In this document: piece after piece, positions 1-11,116 of the stretch | Layout of the letters: each line of letters opens with the position of its first letter | Numbering within the stretch: the first letter of the stretch is position 1 | NCBI GenBank assembly: GCA_036172245.1 | Contig: JAYWIR010000042.1 | Coordinates: forward strand, 372,001-436,000 | Direction: 5' to 3' | DNA from: Raillietiella orientalis | Lineage: Eukaryota | Length of the DNA stretch: 64,000 nt | The notes under the pieces: model-generated | Seen by the model: only the letters and a program-made list of their open reading frames with translations | What the model was told of the DNA's origin: nothing | The model's database searches: none | Translations under genes and position numbers: made by a program

Positions 1-998
1 AAATTCACAGAAAATTGTAAATCAGGAATTAAAACATTTGAATTTTTTCTTGTATTCTGCATTCCATTTGTTTATTGTCAATGAAATGTACAGTTGTAAA
101 TAAATTTATAAATTGGGTAATTTTCATGCCTCAATCAGTGTTGTGTAATGATTTAAAAATTTTTGTCAAATATGATTGATGAGACAAGTAATGCATTACA
201 GATTGCAAAAATTATCTTATGATTAGCAACTATGTTTTGTTCTCGGTCATCTGATGTAGCAGCTATCTTATATAAACAAAGTATGTATTTTGATATTTTA
301 TTATTATTCATTGTGTAATGAACACTCTTTAACAGATTTTCTTGGGTGTTCTATCTATTTGAAATACTGAAAGTGCTGGGATGCTTGTAGCCAGCAATTT
401 TTAAAATTGCATTATTCAAGTCGCTCTTTTTTTTCAAATACAATTTGGACTGTTGCTGAATTGTTGATATTTCCAACGAACCTGTGCTGATCATATGAAT
501 TCTTGAAACTGAGTGCTTTGCTTTATTTTGTCATCATTCAGAAAAATTAGTTGTTTTAAGTTTCATTACCTCCACTGTGTATTGATGTAAAACTGGTTAA
601 TTTTAATTATAAACATTTGTAATTAGGCTTTATCAACAGTCAGATTCCTAACTGATACTCTTGTGGATAATTTTGCTTATATAGAGAGTATTGCCCCATA
701 TTGTAGCACAGTTGATGATCAGTGTAAGAATTGATAGTTTCCTTTAGTCATTGCATGACACATTTAAAGTTTAGATCAATTTGATAGTGAAATCAATAAT
801 TTTTTATGTTATGCAGAAAACTGGATGAATTAATTTCAATGCCTAATTTGGTTTGATTGCTTTTTGATTATCTTTGATCCTAAATTAATGGGTCAAAAAA
901 ATGCGAAGTTAAAAAAAAAGCTTTTGTAGGAAATTCTGTGAGTTGTGCTTTGTCCTTTTCTGATTATTTTCGCTTGAATGATGATTCAATGTTGCAAG

Positions 999-1132
999 GT
1001 GCACAGTCTGGTGGTGAATGCATGCACTAGCTTCTTCCAGTCCCTTCAACACAAACAAGAAAATGAGGACAAGATTACCGTGGTGCCATTACCAAGTTCT
1101 TTAGAAGAGAACATTTTGGAACCAATTGTGAG
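999..1132 (+). CDS. Cp190: CP190-like BTB/zinc-finger protein, first exon visible in the window (BTB domain; start codon probably upstream of the window)
   Basis: After ...gttgcaag it reads VHSLVVNACTSFFQSLQHKQENEDKITVVPLPSSLEENILEPIV(R). This matches the CP190-type BTB pattern as I recall it (KVHxLVLxACTxYF...PIVxFMYTG). The donor is AG|GTATTT at 1133. An in-frame TGA lies just upstream, so 999 is probably an acceptor. Confidence 0.8.
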
Positions 1133-1170
1133 GTATTTATGAAAGAAGAAGTGCCAGCAGCTTCTTTCAG

Positions 1171-1371
1171 GTTCATGTATACTGGTATCCTGGAACTCTC
1201 TGAGTCTACTTTTGAGTTACTTTATGAGACAGCAGCTGTTCTTAAGATGAATTTGTTGACAAAATTGTTGGATGCTCGCAGAAACATGAGTGATGGTATT
1301 GCTACCAATGAACCTGTTGCTGAAGATTCCCATTCATTTGCTGCATCCAGGAATAGCATTCCAGAATTGAG
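1171..1371 (+). CDS. Cp190: CP190-like protein, exon completing the BTB domain
   Basis: The acceptor ctttcag ends at 1170. The exon reads FMYTGILELSESTFELLYETAAVLKMNLLTKLLDARRNM..., the C-terminal half of a BTB domain. The donor is AG|GTATGC at 1372, and phases are consistent across the 38-nt and 42-nt introns. Confidence 0.85.
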
Positions 1372-1413
1372 GTATGCATTGTTCTAATAACTGTGCATTG
1401 AGTTTTTGATTAG

Positions 1414-3223
1414 ACAGTCATCTTCTGTGGCTTTTTTGAAGGAGTTTATTGACACTCCAGGCTTATTACACTCTAGTGTTACAAGAGTAAATACCAGACA
1501 AAAAAAGAAGTACAGTAAGCCTACGGTTGATGGTGGATCAATTGATTGTAGTGACTCAGAGGACAAACAGCTAGCCAAAGTAAAATTCAATCTGGGATTT
1601 GATTTTAAATATCCCAACATTGACGAAAAACCTTCAGAAGATGAAGGGAAAAAACTCTCAGTTCTGTCAGGAAAGCAAAATCTCCAGTTTGAGTCAAAAA
1701 ATGAGATAACTACTGAAAGAAGTATTAATTCAGAGGATTCTAAGCTTAAGAAAGCTGAAAAGAGAATGCATACAGAAAATGAAAGTGATCTTCCTCATCC
1801 CACCAAATCTCCCTCCTTGCAAGAAGCATCAATCAGTGAAACCCACCAATCCTTTTTGTTTAATCAGACAGAACATCAAAAAATTTTAGCTGAAGTTATG
1901 AAAAAACATCCTGGACTGGCCAAGGACAGAGATCAGTTGCGATTAAAGATTGTGCAGCGGGCAGCCAGTAAAGATCAGATTCGCCTGGATCGTTCAAAGA
2001 CTAGTGGCAAAAAAGTTGCTTATTTGGTTCTGAAAAATGTGTCTCGGTCACCTTCATTGCCTTTTCCTTTACAAGAAGGAGATCCTAAGGATGTTAATGG
2101 AATGCCAGTGGAAGAAGACAGTTCAGCTACCAAAATCTGGAGCTGTAAGATTTGCAAGGAATCAGGGTATTCCCGCTCTTTTCGAAAAGTAACTGGCTTT
2201 CGAAAACATTTGGTTGATGTTCACCAACATACTGTGACATTTGTATGTGAGCATTGTGGCACAATGGCACCTAAGCGTTTAAGTCATATAACTGAGCAAG
2301 TGATTAGGCATGATACTTGCTGGCCGGAAGTATTATCTGCTAGCCGTTGCACTCGTTGCCAGTATGTGATTGTCAGTGAGCCGCGAGATCAAGCTGCTGT
2401 CAAGGATTCTTCTCGTCTCTTTCAATGCCCTACATGTGCTGCTTCTTTTGTAACTCAAGGAGCTTTAGATACTCACATGAAAAGTAATCTGCATACTGCA
2501 GAGCACCGAAATTTCAAATGCCCTCATTGTGACTTAGTTTTTTCTGAGGGCTTTAATCTGAAAGCTCATTTGAAATATCGTCATCGTAATGCCCCAATGC
2601 CTGCACCTATTGATCTGGATACTGACATGATCTTTGGAGACATATCCAATTCTGAATTTCGAACACTGACTCAGGTCCCTAACACTGTTCCAGCTAGTGC
2701 ATCCCCAACAACTGATTCTTCGTACACTGCAATTTCTGCTGGAAATACTCCACTTACTGTTTTGGTCACATCAGGAACTACACAAACTGTCAGCAGTATT
2801 CTTATCAATCCCGGAAACAATATGACTCTGGTCAATTATCCAAACAGCTCAACCAATCTAGCTGATAACCAAGGTCCTGTTATCCTTACATCGAATGCAG
2901 AGCAATTATTGATGCAGGAAGGTTCTGATGGTACCATTCTTATGTTTCCGCAGGGAGATGAGCTTAATCAACCAGAGAAAGCTGGGAATGCTCTTTCTTG
3001 CAAGAATTCTAATCCGGATATGCCTCCTTTTTATCCTTCCTCTTCAGATGAAAAATTTTTTTTGGATAGTACGGAAAACAGAATTCCAGAACATATTTTC
3101 GACATTGCTGGTTCTGCTACATCCAATGCTGAGGTCAGCTCTCAAGATGCTTTTGCTAATGATACAGAGACTAGCACAACAAACCATTCAAAAGTGCAGC
3201 ACAAAGTGTGTAAGCCAAAGTAG
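1414..3223 (+). CDS. Cp190: CP190-like protein, large terminal exon with C2H2 zinc fingers
   Basis: The exon lies in the 605-aa ORF 1406..3223, with acceptor gattag ending at 1413. It contains HQKILAEVMKKHPGLAKDRDQLRLKIV, which resembles a motif I recall from insect CP190 proteins. It also has three intact fingers (CKIC..HLVDVH, CPTC..HMKSNLH, CPHC..HLKYRH), two degenerate fingers and an S/T/N-rich tail. The visible spliced part is 714 aa. Confidence 0.85.
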
Positions 3224-3616
3224 TTAGGCTGCATATATATCACTTTGTCAGTGATCCAGAATGGTTGTGGAAATGTGATCAGGGCCATAGATATTCACAG
3301 TTATCCTTTTACTTTTAGATGAAAATATTTGTTGGGTACTTAGTGTCTGTATTATATATGACTTAATGCTTTCTGAAAGGTTTTCATAGAAATTATTTTA
3401 CATGGTTAAAACATTTTGAAAAATACCGATGAAGGGTATTATCCAAAACATAAAGCATTTGCGTTTGATTTTGCATCAATGCTAATGAACCATTGTGAAT
3501 GCTAAAGATTCAACATTGAAAAGGTGTGAATTATCTTTAAACCTCTGGATGGTCTTGCAGTTAATTCCATGTTTATACTTTAAAGAGTATAAAATATTTC
3601 CTTGAAATGGAATCCA

Positions 3617-3622
3617 AATAAA
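3617..3622 (+). promoter_or_regulatory. Candidate polyadenylation signal of the CP190-like gene
   Basis: AATAAA about 400 nt after the stop codon. It lies in AT-rich DNA, so it could be a chance match. Confidence 0.3.
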
Positions 3623-4803
3623 ATTGGTAATATTTATATGTAGGATTTCAAAGTTCGTCCATGCAACGGTTATATGCAAAAGCGGGAAGTTTGTGCGTTA
3701 ACAGATTGGTCAGTTTGAACATTCAATACCCGCGAAATGAAGTACGTGAAAGACTGGAATTTTTCAAGTACTTTGTAACTTAGTGAAGCATTTTTGAAAT
3801 CCCCTGCGAATAGTTATTTTAATAATAATTCTTCCATACAAATTTGTTTTACTTTCATTTTTGTCACTTTCTTTGCTCACGTGTCCTTTTCAGGCCACGG
3901 GATCATTGAAGTCCTCACCTCAGTGGGTATTCACAAACTTCCAAACTTTCAGCTGCAAGTCATTTCAAATGTTTTGAACTTTTTTCAATTGCCTTCAGTG
4001 TTCGTCTTGGATTTTCCAGAGCTGCCAGTATGATTCGAGCGCGCACTGGATGTTGGAATCTGATTCATTCTACCATAATTGATATCTTAAGTGAACACTA
4101 TCAATCTGTAACTGTTGAACATTTCTCGTCAATAATTTTCCATATACCTATGATTTTGGTTACCGATGGCATGTTTGTTTCTCGTACAGTAAAATCAGAC
4201 TGTGCCTAAATATTTTACATATCAAACTTCTCATAAGAGAGCATTAACACTTGTAAAGAGGTTGAGATCCGTCTTCGGGATGTGAAAGGTTTCAGCATCA
4301 CGAGCTGGTCCGTGTGCTAACTGTTTCTGACTAGCTTTTCACCAACATTGGCTGAAAACGCGTGGGTTTCGTTGTCTAGGAATTGAGGATCGTGAGTAAA
4401 AGATGTTCCGCCAACCAGTTTGCACTCACAGTCGTCATGTTGTTTCAGATCTTCACGCAGTGAATAGATACAAATTCATACATTCATCGTGTTTTCATTC
4501 CGTAGCCCTTCATGGGTAGTTAATTACTGATTTACTTAGTTTTCCTCCTCCTCCTCTTATGAAAGCCGAGTAAAAGTTTCAATTTTTGCCGTATTTCTCT
4601 ACAGGGAGACATGAAAGAAAGTTGATTACACCACTTTCTTCCTTAACGACAAACATGAGTTTTTTTTTTCTCGTTGGACGCCAGTTTTTTTACTTCATTT
4701 TAAAATGTAGTGATGGTTGTATTCATGACAGCAGATAGCGTGTAATGGGTGCAATCATTTGATGAAGTCCCTAATGTGTAATTAACGCGCTTGCCAAGTC
4801 CGT

Positions 4804-4820
4804 GAAATGTGTCCTTTCTG
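4804..4820. repeat. Target-site duplication, left copy
   Basis: gaaatgtgtcctttctg, 16/17 identical to 5752-5768. Confidence 0.85.
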
Positions 4821-5751
4821 CTTTCACACCCGGGTGCGCCGGGGCGTTTATTTTTCTGAAAAAAAAAAAAACCAAACAAGCATGTGTAGGGCCACTGCCC
4901 CTACAGCGTCCGATAAAAAAAACAAACTGCCGAGTTGCCAGCGCGCCGGCCGGCGAGTTCGACTTGGCAGCGGAGGGGGAAGGGACAAATAGAAACAAAA
5001 AAGCAAACACTATTTACAAAAGCAGGGAGGGGTCGGGGAAGGGATCACGCTCCGCTGGGGTCGTCCTCTACATCCTTTCCAGGATGCCGGCAAGTTCAGT
5101 CCGCATACTTCCCTGATGGGACCATCCGGCTGCCGTCCTCAGGAAGCGCAGAACGGAGCAGATGATGTCCCTATCGTTCGGTCCACCAGTGGCGGTGCTT
5201 TAGGCCGCCACAATACCTCGTAGGCAGCAGAGGGCTGCAAGGGCTGCGGCAGGCGAAAGGGCGTCGCGCACAAAGAGGCACTTCAATACGTCTCTGGGGC
5301 TGTTCATGGTTGCACCAAGGGCCGTTGCGAAACGCAACCACAGGGGCCGGAGGGCAGCACAGTCAAGAAGCAGGTGCGGGAAGGATTCCCGTTCCCCGCA
5401 CCTGACACAGTTTGGGTCCACAGCCCCCCTCGTCCAGTGAGATCGGCGGGCGTTGCTCGGGAATCCTCAATGCAAAACCAGAAACGCCGACTATTGCCAC
5501 TTCAGGGAGAGGGTCCGGGTATTCTTCCGCACTGGGGGCCACTGGAGTACATCAAGCGGGATGCTCAGCAGCTCGCCCCAGCTTAATAATCCCTTCGGTG
5601 GGGCACTTCGGGTCGCGGCGTCAACTAGCTGGCCCGTCGTCCAACCACCTTGTTCCTTCTCTCTTCTTGAGTTGCTACAACGGGCCTGCCACTTGGTCGG
5701 CTGGCTACTGACCAGGTGCTCCCTGAGGTAGGGCAGAGCTGCGGCAAGGGA
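4821..5751 (-). mobile_element. 5'-truncated non-LTR retrotransposon (L1/Tx1-like), 931 bp
   Basis: GC-rich block flanked by 17-bp direct repeats (gaaatgtgtcCtttctg at 4804-4820 and gaaatgtgtcGtttctg at 5752-5768). It encodes a zf-RVT-like C-terminus (CVRCGERESFPHLLLDC..W). Its 3' UTR has T-tracts, AATAAA (4852-4847) and a terminal stem-loop. Confidence 0.85.
5068..5751 (-). pseudogene. Disrupted ORF2 C-terminus (zf-RVT region) of the retrotransposon
   Basis: One frame reads ...LSLKWQ*SAFLVLH*GFPSNARRSHWTRGAVDPNCVRCGERESFPHLLLDCAALRPLW...GIVAA*...LERM*. There are three internal stops (5491-5493, 5467-5469, 5200-5202), no frameshift, and a final TAG at 5070-5068. Confidence 0.8.
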
Positions 5752-5768
5752 GAAATGTGTCGTTTCTG
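5752..5768. repeat. Target-site duplication, right copy
   Basis: gaaatgtgtcgtttctg, 16/17 identical to 4804-4820. Confidence 0.85.
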
Positions 5769-6832
5769 GGTATATCGAACACGGTCCCTGCTGGAAGATT
5801 GAGGTGTCTTCATGGACCACAAATGCGGCGATTGTGTAAAGAATTTCATTTGTGAGCCTTTGATTCATCGCAGGAGTTCTTTTAAGTGTTTTAACATTGG
5901 CGGGCAGTCACTGGCTTTCTGTTTACCTCTTTACTATTAAAAATCATACATGAAACACCTCAACTGTTGAGACATGGGAACAGAAGCATAGGGGGAAAAA
6001 AATCAAACAAGCGGTTTTCGATGTGCAGATCTTTCAAAGTAGGGATTTCTCGGTCAATTAAATCTTATGATTTACCGTTCCATTCTGGCATATCTTAGTA
6101 GAGAAGTGCTTGCATATTGAACGTAATTTATGGTTTCCTTTCGACGTCAGTGTTTCTCAGTGGTTCGATAGTTTTCTTTTTTTTTTTTTTTTACGCTTCA
6201 GCTTCGCTTTCGTAGGAGTTCGTAGGAGGGGAAATGCCACCGAAGAATGGGGCCTCCATGCCGGCCACGTGCGCGGGCACGTGACCACCAACTTCTGCAT
6301 TACTTGCTATCGAAAGATTTGTCTTGCATCTTGGAAGCACGTTATGACAGGGCATGCCGTGCCTTATGGATCATCATTTTCCGATATTTCTGATATTAGG
6401 GATGCTCATTCACAGAAGGAAAACATACGAATCTCTGTGAAAGGCGTTCCGTTTGATGCAATTCCTCTCAATCTCCAGTCAAGAAGGGACTGGTTGCTGC
6501 GATGCAAAGTGTACAGCGTGCTGGACAGACAAAGGAACGAACTAAATCGAACTGTATTCTTATGTACAGAAGGAAACGTCGGTAAGACGCATCTGGCTGA
6601 TAGGCACGGACACTGAAGAAAAGTAATCCAAGGTGTTTTTTTTCCTTTTTTGTCCATCTTCATTTTGGAAGACTGGGGATAAACAAAAAGAATCGTTTTT
6701 TAATTTCGAGTTGAGCTCTACCTTCGAGTCAGTTTCCCTGATTTTATCGAGAGATGAAAACGGACGATGAAAACCACTTTAAACTTACATATAGGCACCT
6801 CAAATTTTCCACCTTGACATCGGTCGGCAAAA

Positions 6833-6850
6833 ATATATATATATATATTA

Positions 6851-6909
<59 letters not shown>
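6833..6909. repeat. (TA)n microsatellite, interrupted once
   Basis: About 8 units, a short interruption, then about 27 units. Confidence 0.95.
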
Positions 6910-6912
<3 letters not shown>

Positions 6913-7348
6913 TAAGTTTTTCACGTTTCGCATTTCATAATTGTGAATAGCATAAATCCGTCGGAAGCACATCAACTCGCGTCATCACCACCAATTAATT
7001 CATTTTAAAAAATTCCTACAAAGTTCTGGTGGCATTTCCTATGAACAAACACCGAAAGTGTTGGATGTAATTGCATTTTTCTAAAGTGATTGTTAGTCCT
7101 TTGTGAAATGTTTCAGTTTGATTAGAATGTTTAGAATGTATTCTATTGCAATCGATACTCTAATAAGCATCTTAGAGAGAAGCACTCTTTTTTGGTTTGT
7201 GATTTTGCAATTTCGAGTATTTGGTCGCACTCGCGCCAATTAAGTGAATGTGAGAACGTGTGATTCCTTTGAGCTGTAACTTTTATCGGAAAGTATTAGA
7301 GAAAAGAATAATACGATATCAAAATACAAACAGGTAAAATCATTTTAT

Positions 7349-7380
7349 CCCCCCCCCCCCAAAAAAAAAAAAAAAAAAAA
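7349..7380. repeat. C12-A20 compound homopolymer
   Basis: Directly visible in the sequence. Confidence 0.9.
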
Positions 7381-10300
7381 GTATCCAAGCGGCGAAATAA
7401 ATACAAGGCTATTAATAAAAGGCAAGCTTAAAAATTATTTTCATAATAAAATTTCCAAATATAGAAACGCCGAAGCACACTTTCATATTTAAAGGTGATG
7501 TTTATCGTGTTGCATTAATAGCGATCAATGCATTAATGCATTTGATTTTGCGAACTCGACTGAAGCAGTTTGCGATCTCGGGAAAGATTCCACAGGAGGG
7601 GACCCAATTCGCAATTGACCCCTTCAACCCCACCCCCTCCCCCACGCCCCCCAGTAAATGAACGAGAGGCTTATGACTTGCGGCGGCCGAAATTTCTGCC
7701 TGACGTGTGTTGAGTAATTACCGCGAAGATTCGAGTACGGATTCGTACCTTTGATGTACGAACAGTTTCCATCCACCGCAGCAGCACAAATTGCGAGGAA
7801 GCGGCTTGCCTGCAATCGCGTTCCGTGCACAGATCTGCCTGGCTTTGTTATGTACGGTACTTATTACTGAAGGTTACATAAATCCCTGAAGGAAATGGAC
7901 TCTGGCTGCACTCTTCACATTGTATAGAACCAATCGGCTTTTATCATTTTCCTCAACCGGACATATCGAGGCATCGAACGCCATCGACGCTGTGGCAGGT
8001 CTTCTTCTGATGGTGGATGACTTCCTGACGTCGATGGTCAGTGGTTCGATGCTACTGCTCAACTAGTGTAATGAGGTAAGACCTCATGTAATTCCAAACC
8101 GTCATCATCTAAAATCACGCACGCTTTTCTTTGTACAATCACGCATTATACAAGACACAGCAACTTTTTCGAGCTCAGACGTTCCGACCGAGTCGTCCAA
8201 AGTCTTTCTGATGTCGTTGTTTAGAACATCTGTGGTTAAAAGGAGTTCCAGAATGGCCTTCGGCTCCTGACTATCCTTCCGTCGTATACTTTCGAATGTA
8301 AAAACTCAGGACGTTTCGTGTGTGAACGCCAACAAGTGCTTTCTGCTCGCAGCACATACGTGACACAGGAACGACGTCACTTATGTGTCACGTCAGGTTC
8401 GGCTCGAAAAGGGACCGCACCAAAGCTCGATGACCCCCAAGATGAAATAACTTTGAAAGCCATCGCAAGGCATCGAAAGTACGTGGTTTCCAAAAGAGTG
8501 AAAGAGCAACTTCGAAGGTGGGCTGCATCGAAGAGTGCTTTGGAAGAGCCACTCGAAGCAAATGCCTCTTTATTTCCGTGAACACAAGCATAATTTGATT
8601 TCGGAACCGCATGGGGATTTAGAAGCATTTAGAAATTAGTCAGCTTTTCCACAAAGATGCGAATAAGGACCGAATATATCGTGAAAGGTCCGCAGGGGAG
8701 GGGGGCAGTGGGATCCCAGATTCATTCTGAAGTCCTGTGGCAGCAGTCAGCTTGTCTTTGCAAAACACGACGACCCTGTCATGTTTCCTCCTCCTGTGTT
8801 CAACGTGAGGAACAGCGAATTGCCGAAATCTCGGAGAAAACAAATGTAGAACAAAGGATGGAGAAGCATTTGCTGATAGGAAGAATCGGGAGACGTTTGC
8901 AACATGCAGGATTGCTGCAAACTCTGCTGCTTCTAAGAAGGCTGGTGTAAACTCAGGCTTTGGATCGATGAAGAGCCAGGAGGATTGCTATTTTATACAA
9001 AAGGCTTTATGGAAGAATGGCGAACATGTGGAGCTTCTCGTAGAGGGAAGGAGTTCTCTCGACCATCTAAGGATCCTCAACTTGGCCACAGGCAAGATGG
9101 CTCGGGATTGTCTCATGAAATTAGAAATAAGGAAAACTGTGTATTTTTCCAGCTTTAGCTGGTAACTGAGAGAGTAACTCAAGTGGATATTTCCATTGAA
9201 TTCAGTAATTATCTGGGAAATGTTGTATGCATCCAATCCTTGCCATGGGTTCGGGTGAAAATCAAATGTCCAAAGTGAGACAATAGGCAGCATGCTTTAG
9301 GGCATAAAAAGACCTCAGGAATCTTGGCATTTCCAAGCCTTAGAAAAATAGTGGTTTCACATGGTGATGGAAACTACCAGCTCGCTTACCAAACGTCTTT
9401 ATATAGCTGTAATGCCATTTTCAGTTTAAGCAAAAGCAAGAAGTTTCTGCCATGTACAGAAAAATTTCGATAAAGATAAACGTTATCGAATGGTGAGGAC
9501 TGTAAGTGCTCAAAGACATCGCTTCTAAAACACTTACAGATTATAGTAGAAGAGAGAAAAGAATGCACTTGCAGTGTTGGAACAACAAATTTCTTCGACG
9601 CTTAGCAAGGCTATAAGAAAGCCTTTGATGTTTATAGTGCTCGGATATTTCTTGCTTTCCTGTGCTCATTTTCCACTCTGGTTAGGTTATTGGAAGAATG
9701 TTTTGGAGTAGGAAGATCTGAGTTCAGTGGTGGCGTTGTAGCTTGGTTAATGCACGAGACGTCATCTTACAAACGCAAAATTCCGTTACAGAAATCAAGT
9801 TCGAGTTACGGGAATTGATGATCTTTCTTAAAGCCAAAATCTGAATGTTTGTCTAGAATTCTAAAAACAAAATACAAAGTGAAGCCACTTATAACTTGAT
9901 TCTGAATCATTGTGCGCCAGAGAACTACAAAGGAAAATCCAAAGGAAAAAGAAAAAAAATAAGGGAAAGGGGCCAGTTTTACTTGGTCATCATCAGCAAA
10001 AGGCTGTTTTTGCCGTTACATGCGTTCCTATTAGCAGGAAAGAGCCACCGTTTGAAATTCGTCAAACCAGCAAGACAAGTTCGAAGCAGGTGCTACCCTG
10101 ATTAAGCACCGCCATGATTACTTGGAAACAGTCTGGTGAAAGGAATGCAAAATACAGAGTACGAGGGTGGGTCCTTCAGTTTGATCACATGGGTAGACAG
10201 ATGAGTAGGGCGCCTCACCCAAATTGCTAATCGAGTGAGGAGAGGGAAGTAGAAAATAGAGAATACGGATTCGATCCCATAGATGAAAAGGTGTGTGGCC

Positions 10301-11116
10301 AATGTGTAATCTGCGACAGATTTTCCCAACAGAATTGTGGCAGTAGATTGCACCCCGTGCGGCTTTTTTTTGCGTCTTCTCTTATCATTGAAATCGCGAA
10401 TGTATATAGGCAGAAGACATGTACATAGGCAAACTCAGTTGGGGAAACAGTGGCCTTACGAGTTTTCTGAGCGTAGCTGAAACTGCGCTTCCAACATCAA
10501 GGTTCGAGGTACAAAAAAACGACGACGATTCCCCTCCCCTCCCAAAAAAAAAAAAGGAATGTTAAGAATTAAATGAAAAACGTAGTTGAGGAGGAGGATC
10601 GAGTCGATTCTAGCACCAAATGTAACGGTTTCCCTCAGACGCGCAGTATCCTCTCGAAGAAGGAAAATGCCCTCCTAGAATCGCACGACAGGGAAGCTCA
10701 ACTGATTCCACACAAAGTGGGCCCGAACGGATTGAAAATCTGGCAGCCCCGATGGCCTTTGGAACGGAGGCCAGCAGGGTCGTTCGAGAACGGTATTTTT
10801 CCTCTTTTCAACCACACGCAATGTTCCATTTCCCCGATTGCCTCTGGATCCAAGAGTTCACGACCAGTTCCTCGGAATCTTCGAGCTGCTGCGGCCCGAT
10901 TGCCGCTCCCTACTGCCAAGTGAGTGCTGCCTCTGTGCTTCCATCGTAAAACGGTCCGAAAGCCCCACTTTGGGTGGACCGAGAGGCGACGTGCAAGAGC
11001 GCAAGAGCAGTGAAGGGGAGCCCCCGGTTAAGCCTCGTGCGTCCATTTCGAAGATGCGTGGTCAGCAGGAGACCGTGGGAACGCAAGGGGGTAGGGTTCG
11101 GGGCTCCGTTCAGCAT

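Noticed and set aside
5752..5868. ATG at 5868 (-) in frame with the retrotransposon ORF, suggesting a fusion gene
   Set aside because: It lies outside the TSD, an in-frame join has a 1-in-3 chance, and the frame stops at 5491 before the zinc knuckle.
6110..6616. 168-aa ORF with CITC...C, suggesting a piggyBac Cys-rich domain
   Set aside because: The ligand set is incomplete, and no DDD domain or TTAA-flanked TIRs were seen.
9726..9812. tRNA- or SINE-like head (ggcgttgtagcttggttaa ... gttcgagt)
   Set aside because: Only loose A-box and B-box resemblance. No cloverleaf could be built and no second copy was seen.
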